Source: an uncultured cyanobacterium (GTDB taxonomy: Bacteria > Cyanobacteriota > Cyanobacteriia > Cyanobacteriales > Nostocaceae). From it: 64,000 bases of DNA. The translations under genes and the position numbers were made by a program. Under the pieces are notes generated by a model. It was not told where the DNA came from. It did not search any database and worked only from the letters and a program-made list of their open reading frames with translations. The stretch's first letter is position 1. The number at the start of each line of letters is the position of its first letter. Shown piece after piece: positions 51,221 through 61,797 of the stretch. The stretch is from positions 3,168,001-3,232,000 of the forward strand of contig CAVUDP010000002.1 in assembly GCA_963740315.1 (NCBI GenBank), written 5' to 3'.

Positions 51221-51886
51221 CTAGGTTGAAACAAGAATTTCGCTGAAAATGATGATATCTTGCGTTCCGGCATTAGCGTTAAGTCCAAGGGTAAAATTAG
51301 AAGATGAACCACCATCAAAAAGTAATGTAACGCCATCGATACCACCACCTATTGCAGCATCATATAAACCTTGAACATCGTTTTCACCGAGTCTGCTTCC
51401 ACTTACTAAATCGTTAAATTCATCGGAAACTATACTCTTATCTGATGCACCACCACCGAGGAAAAAGCTATCTTTGTTGTTGTCATAACGGTTAAACTCA
51501 AAGATACCGATTTGGGATTTTCTATTCTTAATATCAATAAATCCTCCAGCAATACCAGTAATGGTATCTTCAATCAGTTCACCAGTAAATTTTATGCAAT
51601 CGGTAGTAGAAGCATTACCGTTTATAGCAAGAGTAAAACTATCAAGCGAAATACTTTCTAATCTAACGCCACCGACACCATCGTCAATAACTTCACTCAA
51701 TAAAGGCTCAATTTGACTTGATTTGATTTCTTTACCTACCAAATTCGCAAACTCTTCACCAACAAACTTTATGCGATCGCTTTTACCACCACCAATGAAC
51801 ATTTTATCTATATCATCAGTGTCGAAAAGAGCGCGTTGAGACTTTGCGTCCTTAATATTGATGATTCTATCTTTAAACTCAGACAT
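51221..51886 (-). CDS. Acidic Gly-rich hypothetical protein with an internal two-fold repeat
   Basis: 221-aa ORF; KSQ...FxGGGxSD motif occurs twice. Confidence 0.7.
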   Translation of the reverse strand: MSEFKDRIINIKDAKSQRALFDTDDIDKMFIGGGKSDRIKFVGEEFANLVGKEIKSSQIEPLLSEVIDDGVGGVRLESISLDSFTLAINGNASTTDCIKFTGELIEDTITGIAGGFIDIKNRKSQIGIFEFNRYDNNKDSFFLGGGASDKSIVSDEFNDLVSGSRLGENDVQGLYDAAIGGGIDGVTLLFDGGSSSNFTLGLNANAGTQDIIIFSEILVST

Positions 51887-52022
51887 AGTTGATTACCTTG
51901 TAACATTTCAGACAACGTAAAATTTATTTTAGCAAATTTATAACCTAATTTTTATTTTTTTGTCAAATAAATAACAAAAAGGTTTAGTTTTATAGTAACT
52001 TATATTACATTTTTAGTTTTAA

Positions 52023-52110
52023 GTAGGACTCACGTAAAGCCCCCAAGAATACGGGGGTTGGGGGGATCTAATCTAGGATGCTTAACAACTCGTTGCGGTT
52101 GCGTAAGTTT
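52023..52110. repeat. Degenerate MITE-like element
   Basis: AGGACTCACG...CGTAAGT imperfect IR enclosing CCCCC...GGGGG hairpin. Confidence 0.4.
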
Positions 52111-52191
52111 TATTAAAGTTAATTTCTATCGCAAAAGAAATAAAAAATTAGGGAATAGGTAACTTAAAATTCCCCATGCCCCATGCCCAAT

Positions 52192-52740
52192 TTACTTAAT
52201 CAAATTTAAACCCAAAAATAAAGCCGACACCGTACCCGCAACACAAATTTCACCTTTAACTATTTTTTCCAAAACCGCATCTACAGGAATTAAAATAACT
52301 TCAATTTCTTCAGTAATATCTAACTTTATTTTTCCCGTTTTCTTGACATTTTCAGCTATAAATAAATGTAATTGATTCGTATCTTTACTCGGTTTATCGT
52401 AAAGCGTTGCCATCTTCTTAACTTTTGAAGCAACATAACCAGTTTCCTCTTCCAGTTCCCTGACTGCTGCCACTTCACCGCTTTCTTGTTCCGGATTAAA
52501 ACCACCTGCGGGAAGTTCCATAAAGAAATTACCGATCGCGTGTCTGTACTGCCTGACAAAAACAATTTCTCGATCGCAAGTAATTGGTAAAATTATCGCC
52601 ACATCTGGTCTAAGATGAACGAAATAATCATCAATTACTTTTCCGCTGGGTAGTTCTATTTCATCTTGCCTAACTTTACACCAAGGATGATTTAACACCA
52701 TATTTGATTGTAAAATCTTCCACTTTTTTAAATTAGACAT
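52192..52740 (-). CDS. NUDIX hydrolase (ADP-ribose pyrophosphatase-like)
   Basis: VRQYR, ELPAG...AAVRELEEETG Nudix box. Confidence 0.92.
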   Translation of the reverse strand: MSNLKKWKILQSNMVLNHPWCKVRQDEIELPSGKVIDDYFVHLRPDVAIILPITCDREIVFVRQYRHAIGNFFMELPAGGFNPEQESGEVAAVRELEEETGYVASKVKKMATLYDKPSKDTNQLHLFIAENVKKTGKIKLDITEEIEVILIPVDAVLEKIVKGEICVAGTVSALFLGLNLIK

Positions 52741-52938
52741 AAGATTAAGGTTAAAGGGTAAAGGTATGATTAACTAAATATTTTTTTGAGCAATCACTAA
52801 AAGTAAATATTAATAAAGTATTTTATTCTCCGCGATTGGCGCTAAAACTCGGCGTACCTTAGCGTTAAAAAAATATTATTTACAATCGAAACCCGTTCAT
52901 AATAAACTGAATAAATAGGGTTTAATCAATTCCCAATC

Positions 52939-53991
52939 ATGCAAATACAGTTAGAAACATTTACCGTAAACAAACGCTTTCCTTTAACAATTAGTCGCGG
53001 TACCACTGCCAAAACAACGAATGTATGGGTAAAGGTATCGTCAGATGGTATCGAAGGTTGGGGAGAAGCATCACCTTTTAATGTTGGTAATTATCCGCAA
53101 TCTACCGATATTATTCAAGAATCTATATTACAAATTGCCCCCAGTTTACTAAAATTTCATCCGGCGCAACGTCAGCAAGTAGAACAATTGTTAATAAAAG
53201 CACAAATTCCTTCTGCTGCCAAGGCGGCTTTAGACATCGCCCTGCACGATTGGATAGGTAAATATGCGGGGTTGCCTCTGTGGCAAATGTGGGGACTCGA
53301 TCGAAATGCTATAAACCCGGTTTCGGTGACTATCGGCATTAATTCTCCCTCGGGAGCAAGAGCTAGGGTAAGGGATTGGCTGCAATTCATGGATGTCAAA
53401 ATGTTAAAAGTGAAGTTGGGCAGCCCTGATGGTATTGAAGCAGATAAAAAAATGCTGTCGGCAGTAAGGGAAGAAGCGCCAGCACCCGATTTATATGTGG
53501 ATGCAAATGGCGGTTGGAGTTTAAAAGATGCCCAGCATATGTCTTTTATACTCGCCGATATGGGTGTAAAGTATCTAGAGCAGCCTTTACGACGGGGAGA
53601 AGAACAAAGTTCGATCGAGCTAAAAAAATCATCCCCCTTACCTATTTTTGTTGATGAAAGCTGCTTTACTAGTGCTGATATTCCCGATCTAAAAGAATGC
53701 GCCGATGGTGTTAATATCAAGTTGATGAAATCTGGGGGGTTAACCGAAGCCATGCGGATGATACACGTAGCCCGTGCTTGTAACTTACAGGTAATGTTTG
53801 GCTGCTATTCCGACAGCGCGATCGCCAATACCGCTCTGGCACATCTGGCACCATTAGCCGATTATTTAGATTTAGATAGTCACCTGAATTTAATTGACGA
53901 TCCCTTTACGGGTGCATCAATTGAGGAAGGTAAAATTTTACCAAATAACCTACCAGGATTGGGAGTACAACTAAGTGCGTCTGCCGCTTAA
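52939..53991 (+). CDS. Enolase-superfamily dipeptide epimerase/N-acetyl-amino-acid racemase (DgcA-like)
   Basis: GWGEA, KVKLG, VDAN, EQP, DES, NIKLMK, DLD. Confidence 0.85.
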   Translation: MQIQLETFTVNKRFPLTISRGTTAKTTNVWVKVSSDGIEGWGEASPFNVGNYPQSTDIIQESILQIAPSLLKFHPAQRQQVEQLLIKAQIPSAAKAALDIALHDWIGKYAGLPLWQMWGLDRNAINPVSVTIGINSPSGARARVRDWLQFMDVKMLKVKLGSPDGIEADKKMLSAVREEAPAPDLYVDANGGWSLKDAQHMSFILADMGVKYLEQPLRRGEEQSSIELKKSSPLPIFVDESCFTSADIPDLKECADGVNIKLMKSGGLTEAMRMIHVARACNLQVMFGCYSDSAIANTALAHLAPLADYLDLDSHLNLIDDPFTGASIEEGKILPNNLPGLGVQLSASAA

Positions 53992-55015
53992 TCAAAAAAT
54001 TGCCGTTCTATTGCATGAGGGAATTCGCGGAACTCATGGTAAAACAGGGTTATCATTATTACGCTACAGCGATGCGCCAATAGTTGTTGCTATCGATCGC
54101 GATTGTCCGGGACAGTCTTTACCGCAGTTAACGGGTATAAAACGCGACGTGCCAATTGTTGCTTCTGTAAAAGATGCGATCGCGTTTAAACCACAGGTTT
54201 TAGTAATTGGTATTGCTCCGAAGGGCGGTAGTTTACCGGATGATTATTGGCGTGAAATAAAAGATGCCTTGGTGGGGGGAATGTCAATTATGAATGGTTT
54301 GCATACTCCCTTGGGTAATAGTCCAGAATTAAAGACTTTATTGAAGCCGGGACAATTAATTTGGGATGTGCGTAAAGAGCCTTCGAATATCGGTGTTTGT
54401 ACCTTGGCGGCGAGAAATCTTCACTGTAGACGGGTGTTGACTGTGGGAACGGATATGGCAGTTGGGAAAATGTCCGCAAGTTTAGAGTTAAATCGTTCCT
54501 CGCGGTTGCGGGGTATGCGTACCAAATTCCTCGCTACGGGACAAACGGGTTTAATGTTGGAAGGTGATGGCGTAGCTTTGGATGCCGTGCGAGTCGATTT
54601 CGCTGCGGGTGCGGTGGAACAGGTGGTAATGCGTTACGGCAAAAACTACGATATTTTACACGTTGAAGGGCAGGGTTCTTTACTCCATCCCAGTTCCACG
54701 GCGACGTTACCTTTGATACGCGGTTCTCAACCTACGCAGATGATTTTGGTACATCGTCTCGGACAAAAAGAGGTAATTGAAGGAGTACCAATTCCGCCTT
54801 TAGCTGAAGTAGTTAAATTATATGAAATCGTTGCCAGCGGTGCGGGTGCTTTTGCATCGGTACCTGTAGCTGGCATTGCTTTGAATACTCGTAATTTTGA
54901 TGAAGTCACGGCAAAAAATGCGATCGCGCAAATAGAAGCGGAAACTGGTTTACCCTGTACGGATGTAATTAGATTCGGTGGGGATAAGTTATTGGATGCG
55001 GTAATGAGAAGTTAA
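53975..55015 (+). CDS. DUF1611 protein (DgcN-like)
   Basis: GKTG, NGLH, VGTDMAVGKM, ATGQTG, DFAAGAVE, VEGQGSLLHP; overlaps the upstream gene. Confidence 0.85.
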   Translation: MRLPLNQKIAVLLHEGIRGTHGKTGLSLLRYSDAPIVVAIDRDCPGQSLPQLTGIKRDVPIVASVKDAIAFKPQVLVIGIAPKGGSLPDDYWREIKDALVGGMSIMNGLHTPLGNSPELKTLLKPGQLIWDVRKEPSNIGVCTLAARNLHCRRVLTVGTDMAVGKMSASLELNRSSRLRGMRTKFLATGQTGLMLEGDGVALDAVRVDFAAGAVEQVVMRYGKNYDILHVEGQGSLLHPSSTATLPLIRGSQPTQMILVHRLGQKEVIEGVPIPPLAEVVKLYEIVASGAGAFASVPVAGIALNTRNFDEVTAKNAIAQIEAETGLPCTDVIRFGGDKLLDAVMRS

Positions 55016-55688
55016 GTTGCTATTACTCAAACGCAACATTCACAATCTATCTTATGGCAGATTTTACAGCGCAAAAGATGAAAACGCTATATCATTAAAG
55101 CTAAATATTTTAGGATCTAATCCTATCTATATTAATTAGATTCGCTTGAAATAAGAGAACAAAGGCATAAGAATTCTTCTACTATTTTTCAAACACATTC
55201 AACTTAACGGGCGGTAATTAAGTTATATAAAATTATCGCTAGTTAATACGGTACTTTTAAATTACTCTGTGTAACTAATATTTCTCTAAGTATAAGTAAT
55301 TTAAATGAAAAAATGTCTAAAACGTAAACTTTGTAAACCGTAAATATAATTTTTTATACATTATCAATACTGCAAAATATCTAAGAAAATAAGCAAGAAA
55401 TGTATTAAGATGCAAGTAACTGGTTATACGATTGATATTTGACGGTTATTCTTCAGTGCAGGGACAAGCCCTTTCCCCCTTCTGAGATAAAACACGATAG
55501 AATAAATTCAAAAAATCAACATAGGATTGCAGTTTAGAAATTGAAGAGTTCCCTAACGACAGTATCTTCTTACGAGTAAGTTTATAATTGTTCGGCAAGA
55601 GTTACGATATTAGTCATTATGCGAACTGAAATTAAAAATGTCTTTTGTCAATATTAAGGGCATTGTCAATTGCTAACAGGTTAAGCTG

Positions 55689-57899
55689 ATGCTCACAGAC
55701 ACGATTCTCCGTAATCGCTACAAAATTCTTAAAGAACTGGGACGCGGTGGATTTAGTGTCACCTATCTTTCGGTAGATATGGATTTGCCGGGAAATCCTA
55801 AATGTGTAGTCAAACAACTCAAAACTCGGCATTCCAATAACACAATTTTGCAGATTGCGAAAAAGTTGTTCGATCGCGAAGCACAAGTACTCTACCGTTT
55901 GGGTAAGGGACACAAACAAATTCCTGAAATGTTCGCGCATTTTGAAGAAAATGATGAATTTTATTTAGTTCAAGAATTTGTTGATGGGCACGATTTAACA
56001 AAAGAAATCAAGCCGCGTCATCGATTAAGCGAAGAAAAGGTAATTAAGCTTTTAGAAGAAATATTAGAAGTATTAAGTTTTGTTCACGAAAACAATGTAA
56101 TTCACCGCGATATCAAATTGCGGAATATTATGCGCCGTCGTGAAGACGGTAAAATCGTGCTGATTGATTTTGGTGCGGTTAAAGAAATCAAGGGTTTGGC
56201 GAAAAACCAACAAGGCGATGTCAATTCGACTTTGATTATCGGTACTCCCGGTTATATGCCAGACGAACAAGCTAATGGTAAACCAAGATTATGTAGCGAT
56301 GTTTATGCGGTAGGGATGCTTGGTATTCAAGCCTTAACTGGAAAATCTCCTCGTGAATTACCATTCGATCCCAACACTGGTGAATTGATTTGGCGCGATT
56401 CGGCGAATGTCAGCGATTTATTAGCCGAAGTTTTAACGGGTATGGTGCGCCATCATTTTAGTCAGCGGTATCAAACAGCAGCAGCCGCATTAATTGCTCT
56501 GAGATCCCCGATATTCATACTACCAAACACTTCCGTAGTTAACGATGCGCCACCCGTCACTTTACCATCAACTATTCGGAAAACCCGCCCTGCCGTAGTT
56601 CAATCTTTAGGATTGGCTGGTTTAATGGGTATTGGCTTTGGTTTGGGAGTTTTCGGATTGAACTTTTTACAATCTAGATCGAATCCCAGTCAAACCGTGA
56701 CTACAGAGGCTCCAACTAGTACACAAAAGATAAATCCTTCTACAACGCCTAAAGCTAATATCAAATTAGATCCACAAGTATTTTCACCTTCTATGCCTCA
56801 AAAAGAAGGTACAACTAAACCCGTTTTCTCACCGTTTTTTATTCCATTTTTTAACGATAAGTATCGGGATAAGGATAAGGATAAGGATAATAAAATTAAA
56901 TCTACTCCGAAACCTTCTCAATCAAAAGTTAAGAAGAAAGTTCCATCTGTACCAGTAGAATCTATTCCTAAACCTTCACAGCAAGAGATTAAACCCACTC
57001 CTAAAACTCCTATAGTTAAGGAAGAAAATCCGAACCAGCTTTTAACACCCGAATCAAAAGAAGATACGACTCCCACATTACCTCCAAAACCCGAATCAAA
57101 AGAAGATACGACTCCCACATTACCTCCAAAACCCGAATCAAAAGTTAAACAAGAAGAAGATACGACTCCCACATCTTTACCTGCAACATCCGAATCACCA
57201 GATAAAGAAAAAGAAGATACGACACCCACATCTTTACCTCCAACACCTGAAGTTGAGGATAAAGAAAACGACGAAGACAACCAAAATCCTCAAACTTCTT
57301 TACCAGAATCAGGAGATAAGCAAGAAAAACCCCAACCTCAAACTCCTTCTTCACCTAACACACCTGCGATCGAAGATGAGTTTGTATCGCCCAAACCAAC
57401 TCCTTCACCCGTACAAACGAAGGGTAGCAGCGTCGTAGTTCCCATAACCTCAGAAACCCCAGTAGAAAACAGCAGCTATTATTTAACCGTACCTACTTCC
57501 CCTTCTCCAACAATAGAAGCTGAAATTCAACCAATACCACAACCAACTTCAACACCAGAAGCCCAAATTCAACCAATACCACAACCAACTTCAACACCAG
57601 AAGCCCAAATTCAACCAATACCACAACCAACTTCAACACCAGAAGCCCAAATTCAACCAATACCACAACCAACTTCAACACCAGAAGCTAAAGTTGAACC
57701 AACTCCTCAAGCTTCCGCGTCTCCAACACCCGATGAAATTGAAATAACTCCCCAAGCTCCGGCAGCTCCCATACCCGAAGCCCAAATCGAATTGACTCCC
57801 CAAGCTTCCGTGTCTCCATCTGAAACTGAGGTGCAACCAACACCAACTCCTTCACCTACCGAAACACCTGGCTTATCTTTGGAACGTTTTGCTATGTAA
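55689..57899 (+). CDS. Ser/Thr protein kinase with a TM helix and Pro/Thr-rich repeat tail
   Basis: LGRGGFS, CVVKQL, HRDIKLRN, DFG, GTPGY, SDVYAVG. Confidence 0.93.
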   Translation: MLTDTILRNRYKILKELGRGGFSVTYLSVDMDLPGNPKCVVKQLKTRHSNNTILQIAKKLFDREAQVLYRLGKGHKQIPEMFAHFEENDEFYLVQEFVDGHDLTKEIKPRHRLSEEKVIKLLEEILEVLSFVHENNVIHRDIKLRNIMRRREDGKIVLIDFGAVKEIKGLAKNQQGDVNSTLIIGTPGYMPDEQANGKPRLCSDVYAVGMLGIQALTGKSPRELPFDPNTGELIWRDSANVSDLLAEVLTGMVRHHFSQRYQTAAAALIALRSPIFILPNTSVVNDAPPVTLPSTIRKTRPAVVQSLGLAGLMGIGFGLGVFGLNFLQSRSNPSQTVTTEAPTSTQKINPSTTPKANIKLDPQVFSPSMPQKEGTTKPVFSPFFIPFFNDKYRDKDKDKDNKIKSTPKPSQSKVKKKVPSVPVESIPKPSQQEIKPTPKTPIVKEENPNQLLTPESKEDTTPTLPPKPESKEDTTPTLPPKPESKVKQEEDTTPTSLPATSESPDKEKEDTTPTSLPPTPEVEDKENDEDNQNPQTSLPESGDKQEKPQPQTPSSPNTPAIEDEFVSPKPTPSPVQTKGSSVVVPITSETPVENSSYYLTVPTSPSPTIEAEIQPIPQPTSTPEAQIQPIPQPTSTPEAQIQPIPQPTSTPEAQIQPIPQPTSTPEAKVEPTPQASASPTPDEIEITPQAPAAPIPEAQIELTPQASVSPSETEVQPTPTPSPTETPGLSLERFAM
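57525..57689 (+). repeat. 42-bp coding tandem repeat, 4 copies
   Basis: IQPIPQPTSTPEA(Q/K) x4. Confidence 0.9.
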
Positions 57900-58172
57900 A
57901 GTAGGAAATAATATTTATCAATCAAAGATTTGAATGAGTTAATCCTTATAAAACCATTCAAATTATTGATTTTAAAGGTATAAATTAAGGGTATAAATGC
58001 GCGCACCTTTTCCACCATATAGATATTATCATGAATTCCAGTATTTTTGCCTAAAAATATTTTTAAATTCAACTACTGATAAAGCACGCTTAAAGACACC
58101 AAGATAACTTTGCGTGAAATTGCTATCATTCTTAGACTAGATATAGAAATTTCCTCGCATAAAAAGTTTGCT

Positions 58173-59810
58173 ATGAAACGTCAATGGAAGTCATTGATAC
58201 TCGCCGCTCAATGGGTGTTATTCTCGCTAGGCACCTCTGTTTTTATTATCCTGACTCAATCTCCTGCAATTACGGCAGCGGAAAAACCTGCTGTAATAAT
58301 CAAAACTCCTCAAAAAGAGACTGCGGAAACGGATAAGAAACCAGAATCAGAAAAACCGGAATTAGAAAAACCGGAATCAGAAAAAGCAGAATCAGATAAG
58401 CCAACTCCCGAAGAAATTGCCCGTCAGAAAAAACTGATCGAAGCAGACAAGCTTTATCAAACAGGAAAGATAGCCGCAGCGCAAAAAATATATCGGCAAG
58501 CCAAAGAGCCTTTTGCAAATGCATCCGATATCCAACCAGTAAAAGAAGCAATAGTAAACCCCGCACAATTATCTCCCGGAGGTAAAGTTTATTGGAGAGA
58601 AGGGCAAGCGGGAATCATCAGCGATTTACAAACTAAAACTTTAGTACCGTTAAAACTTTTAGTAGAAAACTATCCAGAATTTATTCCAGGCAATATAAAA
58701 TACGCTCAAGCACTGAAAAAATACGGTGAATCAGAAAAAGCTTTAGAAATATTAGAAAGAGCAACATCGCTTTATCCCAACCAAGCAGAATTAGTAAAAG
58801 TAAGAGTAGATGCCCTTTCAGACGAGAAAAAATGGATGCAAGCCTCACTCGCGGCGCGTCAATTTGCCTTACTCAACCCCGAAAATCCTCAAGCGTCCGA
58901 ATTTACTCAAATTGCAGACGAGAAACTGAAAAAATACACCTCTTATATCCGTAGAGAAACTAGAGGAAACGCGATCGCCAACATCATCACGGGTGTTGTG
59001 GGTTATGCTGCCACAGGAAGTCTTCTCGGTCCATTTTCCGCCCTCGACTCTACCATGATGCTGTTAAAAGGTGAAAAAGGCGTAGGTCGTTCGGTAGCCA
59101 AACAAGCCAAAAAAGGGATGGAATTAATCGAAGACAAAGAAGTAAACGCATATATTAACGATATCGGACAAAAACTCGCTAAAATCGCCGGACGCAGTGA
59201 ATTTGAATACGAATTCTTCGTCATACCCCAAGAAAGCCTCAACGCCTTCGCCTTACCCGGTGGAAAAGTTTTTCTTAACGCAGGTGCGATCGCCAAAACA
59301 AATTCGGAAGCAGAAATAGCCGGATTAATTGGACACGAATTATCTCACGCAGTACTTTCCCACGGATTTCAACTAGTAACTCAAGCCAACTTAATATCCA
59401 ACGTTACTCAGTATGTTCCTTTAGGTGGAACCGTCGGTAGAATACTCACCTTCGACTACAGCCGCGACATGGAGCGTCAAGCAGATAGACTGGGGACAAG
59501 ATTAATCGTAGCCAGTGGTTACGCTGCTGACGGCTTGCGTAACTTAATGGTGACAATGAAAAAAGAACAAAAAAACGCTCCTCCAGTATGGTTATCAACC
59601 CACCCCGGAGGCGGTGAAAGAGTGAGTTACCTAGAAGAATTAATTACCACAAACGGTTACAATCGTTACGCTTACGAAGGAGTCGCGCCGCATCAAAAAA
59701 TTAAAGATAAAGTCAAACAAATAATGAAAGAAAGAGAAGAGAAAGAAGACGAGGATAAAAAAGACGACGAAGACAAGAAGCCAGAGGAAGAATCAAATGT
59801 AGAGACGTAG
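58173..59810 (+). CDS. M48 family metalloprotease with TPR region
   Basis: NAFALPGG, GHELSH (HExxH), ERQAD, LSTHP; likely start MKRQWK. Confidence 0.9.
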   Translation: MKRQWKSLILAAQWVLFSLGTSVFIILTQSPAITAAEKPAVIIKTPQKETAETDKKPESEKPELEKPESEKAESDKPTPEEIARQKKLIEADKLYQTGKIAAAQKIYRQAKEPFANASDIQPVKEAIVNPAQLSPGGKVYWREGQAGIISDLQTKTLVPLKLLVENYPEFIPGNIKYAQALKKYGESEKALEILERATSLYPNQAELVKVRVDALSDEKKWMQASLAARQFALLNPENPQASEFTQIADEKLKKYTSYIRRETRGNAIANIITGVVGYAATGSLLGPFSALDSTMMLLKGEKGVGRSVAKQAKKGMELIEDKEVNAYINDIGQKLAKIAGRSEFEYEFFVIPQESLNAFALPGGKVFLNAGAIAKTNSEAEIAGLIGHELSHAVLSHGFQLVTQANLISNVTQYVPLGGTVGRILTFDYSRDMERQADRLGTRLIVASGYAADGLRNLMVTMKKEQKNAPPVWLSTHPGGGERVSYLEELITTNGYNRYAYEGVAPHQKIKDKVKQIMKEREEKEDEDKKDDEDKKPEEESNVET

Positions 59811-59957
59811 CAGTGCTACGTCTCCCCACATCCGATTGCTACGTCTCCCCACATCCGATGGAATAACGAAAAATCCGGCGTTTAACGCTATTTGACGCAA
59901 TTGTATTGTCTATACGGCAGCAAAATAAGGAAAGACGTAGCAGTGCTACGTCTCTAC
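59799..59957. repeat. REP family A doublet with an internal 23-bp duplication
   Basis: GTAGAGACGTAGCAGTGCTACGTCTC...AGACGTAGCAGTGCTACGTCTCTAC. Confidence 0.85.
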
Positions 59958-60084
59958 ACAATTTATCTGTTTATTCACCAGAAAAAAATATCCTGCCAAA
60001 ATCAAGAAACTCCCGAATCATTTACCAAAAATCTTCGTCACTACAAACAAGTAACTCCCAAAAATTTTCACTGGAGGATGATTC

Positions 60085-60906
60085 ATGTCATCTGGATCTT
60101 TAAAGCTTGTATTTCTAAGCGGTTTGGCATTAACCGTACTATTCGGAAATAGCCCTGCAATGGCACAATACGACTCCTCAGACGATGCCGTTGTAGTACC
60201 CACAACCGGAAGCGGTAGTACCACAACCCCAACTGGTACTTCAACCACAACCAGAACCCGCACATCAACCCCAACGGGCACATCAACCACAACCTCCACA
60301 AGTAGCTCCTCACAAAGCGTTGACACCGCAACTCGGTTTAGCTGCCAAATGGACAATGGTAGCTATAGCGTGATGTATTCTCCTCAAAGTCAACCAAACC
60401 AATTATTTGCTTGGGCTACTCCTCAAGCTTTGGGTGGTGGTTGGGATGCACAAAGACGTTGCGCTACGATCGCTCAGCGTTTAGAAACCTATCGCCCACA
60501 AGGTTTGTTAGAACTTCGCACCTCAAGCTTAAATGGATATGACGTATTATGCGTAACTACCGAAGCTAACCCCGCTTGTCAATTAGTACTAACAGTTCCT
60601 CCCGGTAGAGACGCTTTCCAAGTACGTAACGACGTTTTCCAAAACTTAATTTCAGCAGACAGCGGACAGCAAACCATCGGCGTTAACACTTACAGGGGTG
60701 GTGGGTTAGAAGACGCAGTTAATTTAGGTAGAACCTTACTTGGTAATGGTAAGAAGGTAGTATCTAGAGATGCCATTCAGCTAAAACCATTCCTAGATAA
60801 GAAAGATGGTGGCAGCGCCAAACTACTCAGAAACGTCAAAAAAACTACTCCCCAGTCTAAACCAACTCAATCAGGTACCCGGTTGAATCCCGATTTATTC
60901 CGTTAA
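60085..60906 (+). CDS. COP23-domain exported protein
   Basis: Signal peptide; RFSC, GGGW...RRC..IA.RLE, NGYDVLC, LVLTVPPG. Confidence 0.8.
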   Translation: MSSGSLKLVFLSGLALTVLFGNSPAMAQYDSSDDAVVVPTTGSGSTTTPTGTSTTTRTRTSTPTGTSTTTSTSSSSQSVDTATRFSCQMDNGSYSVMYSPQSQPNQLFAWATPQALGGGWDAQRRCATIAQRLETYRPQGLLELRTSSLNGYDVLCVTTEANPACQLVLTVPPGRDAFQVRNDVFQNLISADSGQQTIGVNTYRGGGLEDAVNLGRTLLGNGKKVVSRDAIQLKPFLDKKDGGSAKLLRNVKKTTPQSKPTQSGTRLNPDLFR

Positions 60907-60939
60907 TTCAATTTTGGATCGGGGTTTGGGTGTTGATTC

Positions 60940-61797
60940 AGAAGTCGGGTTTCTATGACAATTGTGCCAGGCGACACATATTTATGTGAAGAAACCCGAC
61001 TTCTTTGATTGGTAAGTTTATTCGAGAATTAAGTGTTTGATTATTTGTGTATCCTTATCTTGAAAAGATTCAACAAATTGTTGATATGTGTGTGAGGAAG
61101 AAAAATATTTTAGGACTTTATCAGCTTTAATTAGGTTCTTGTCTTGTAAATTAAGATATTCTAAATAACTTGAAAATTCCCATTCTTGAGGGTACATAAC
61201 CAAATTAGCTTTAACTGGGTTGAAATGAATGTAGCGAGATAAGTGTAATAAATACTCATCGGTATCTATCTGTTTTGCTTGAAAGCGACCTTGAAATAGT
61301 GAACCTACCCGTTGAAAGTGCTTATTAATCGACTTTGTATAGGCTACGGAGAAGCTATGCATCGCTTGCGAAAGATTTTCTTGATTTAGATGTATCAAAA
61401 GATGATAATGATTTGGCATTAAGCAAAAAGCAATTATATCAATATTCTTATTTAGCAGATGTTGTTTAATTAGGGATATAAAGAATGAATAGTTTCTATA
61501 TTCAAAAAAAATCTTTTGATAGTTATTGCCTCGATTGTAGAGATGATAGTAATTCCCTGGTATAAATTGAATTTTTCTATTTGGCATTTTAAATGATGTT
61601 TATAATAATCACTTTTATCTCTTCGATAGCGATCGTATGTCAACGCTTGGTTGAGAAGTCGGGTTTCTATGACAATTATGCTAGATAACATATATTTATA
61701 GAAAGAAACCCGACTTCTAAAGTTTTTAGATGAGAAGTCGGGTTTCTATGACAATTATGCTAGGTAACATATATTTATAGAAAGAAACCCGACTTCT
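60940..61797 (-). mobile_element. Y1/HUH transposase element bounded by direct copies of a 65-bp palindrome
   Basis: AGAAGTCGGGTTTCT-N35-AGAAACCCGACTTCT at 60940-61004, 61654-61718, 61733-61797. Confidence 0.8.
61018..61587 (-). CDS. HUH Y1 tyrosine transposase (RAYT/IS200-like)
   Basis: YYHLYNRG, CLMPNHYHLL (HUH), LFQGRF, RYIHFNPVKA, WEFSSY. Confidence 0.9.
   Translation of the reverse strand: MPNRKIQFIPGNYYHLYNRGNNYQKIFFEYRNYSFFISLIKQHLLNKNIDIIAFCLMPNHYHLLIHLNQENLSQAMHSFSVAYTKSINKHFQRVGSLFQGRFQAKQIDTDEYLLHLSRYIHFNPVKANLVMYPQEWEFSSYLEYLNLQDKNLIKADKVLKYFSSSHTYQQFVESFQDKDTQIIKHLILE

Noticed and set aside
53172..53753. 193-aa antisense ORF
   Set aside because: Shadow of the epimerase gene, with no motifs
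59892..60356. Small ORFs 59892-60152, 59906-60103, 60018-60356, 60083-60331
   Set aside because: Overlap a REP doublet or are shadows of the COP23 gene
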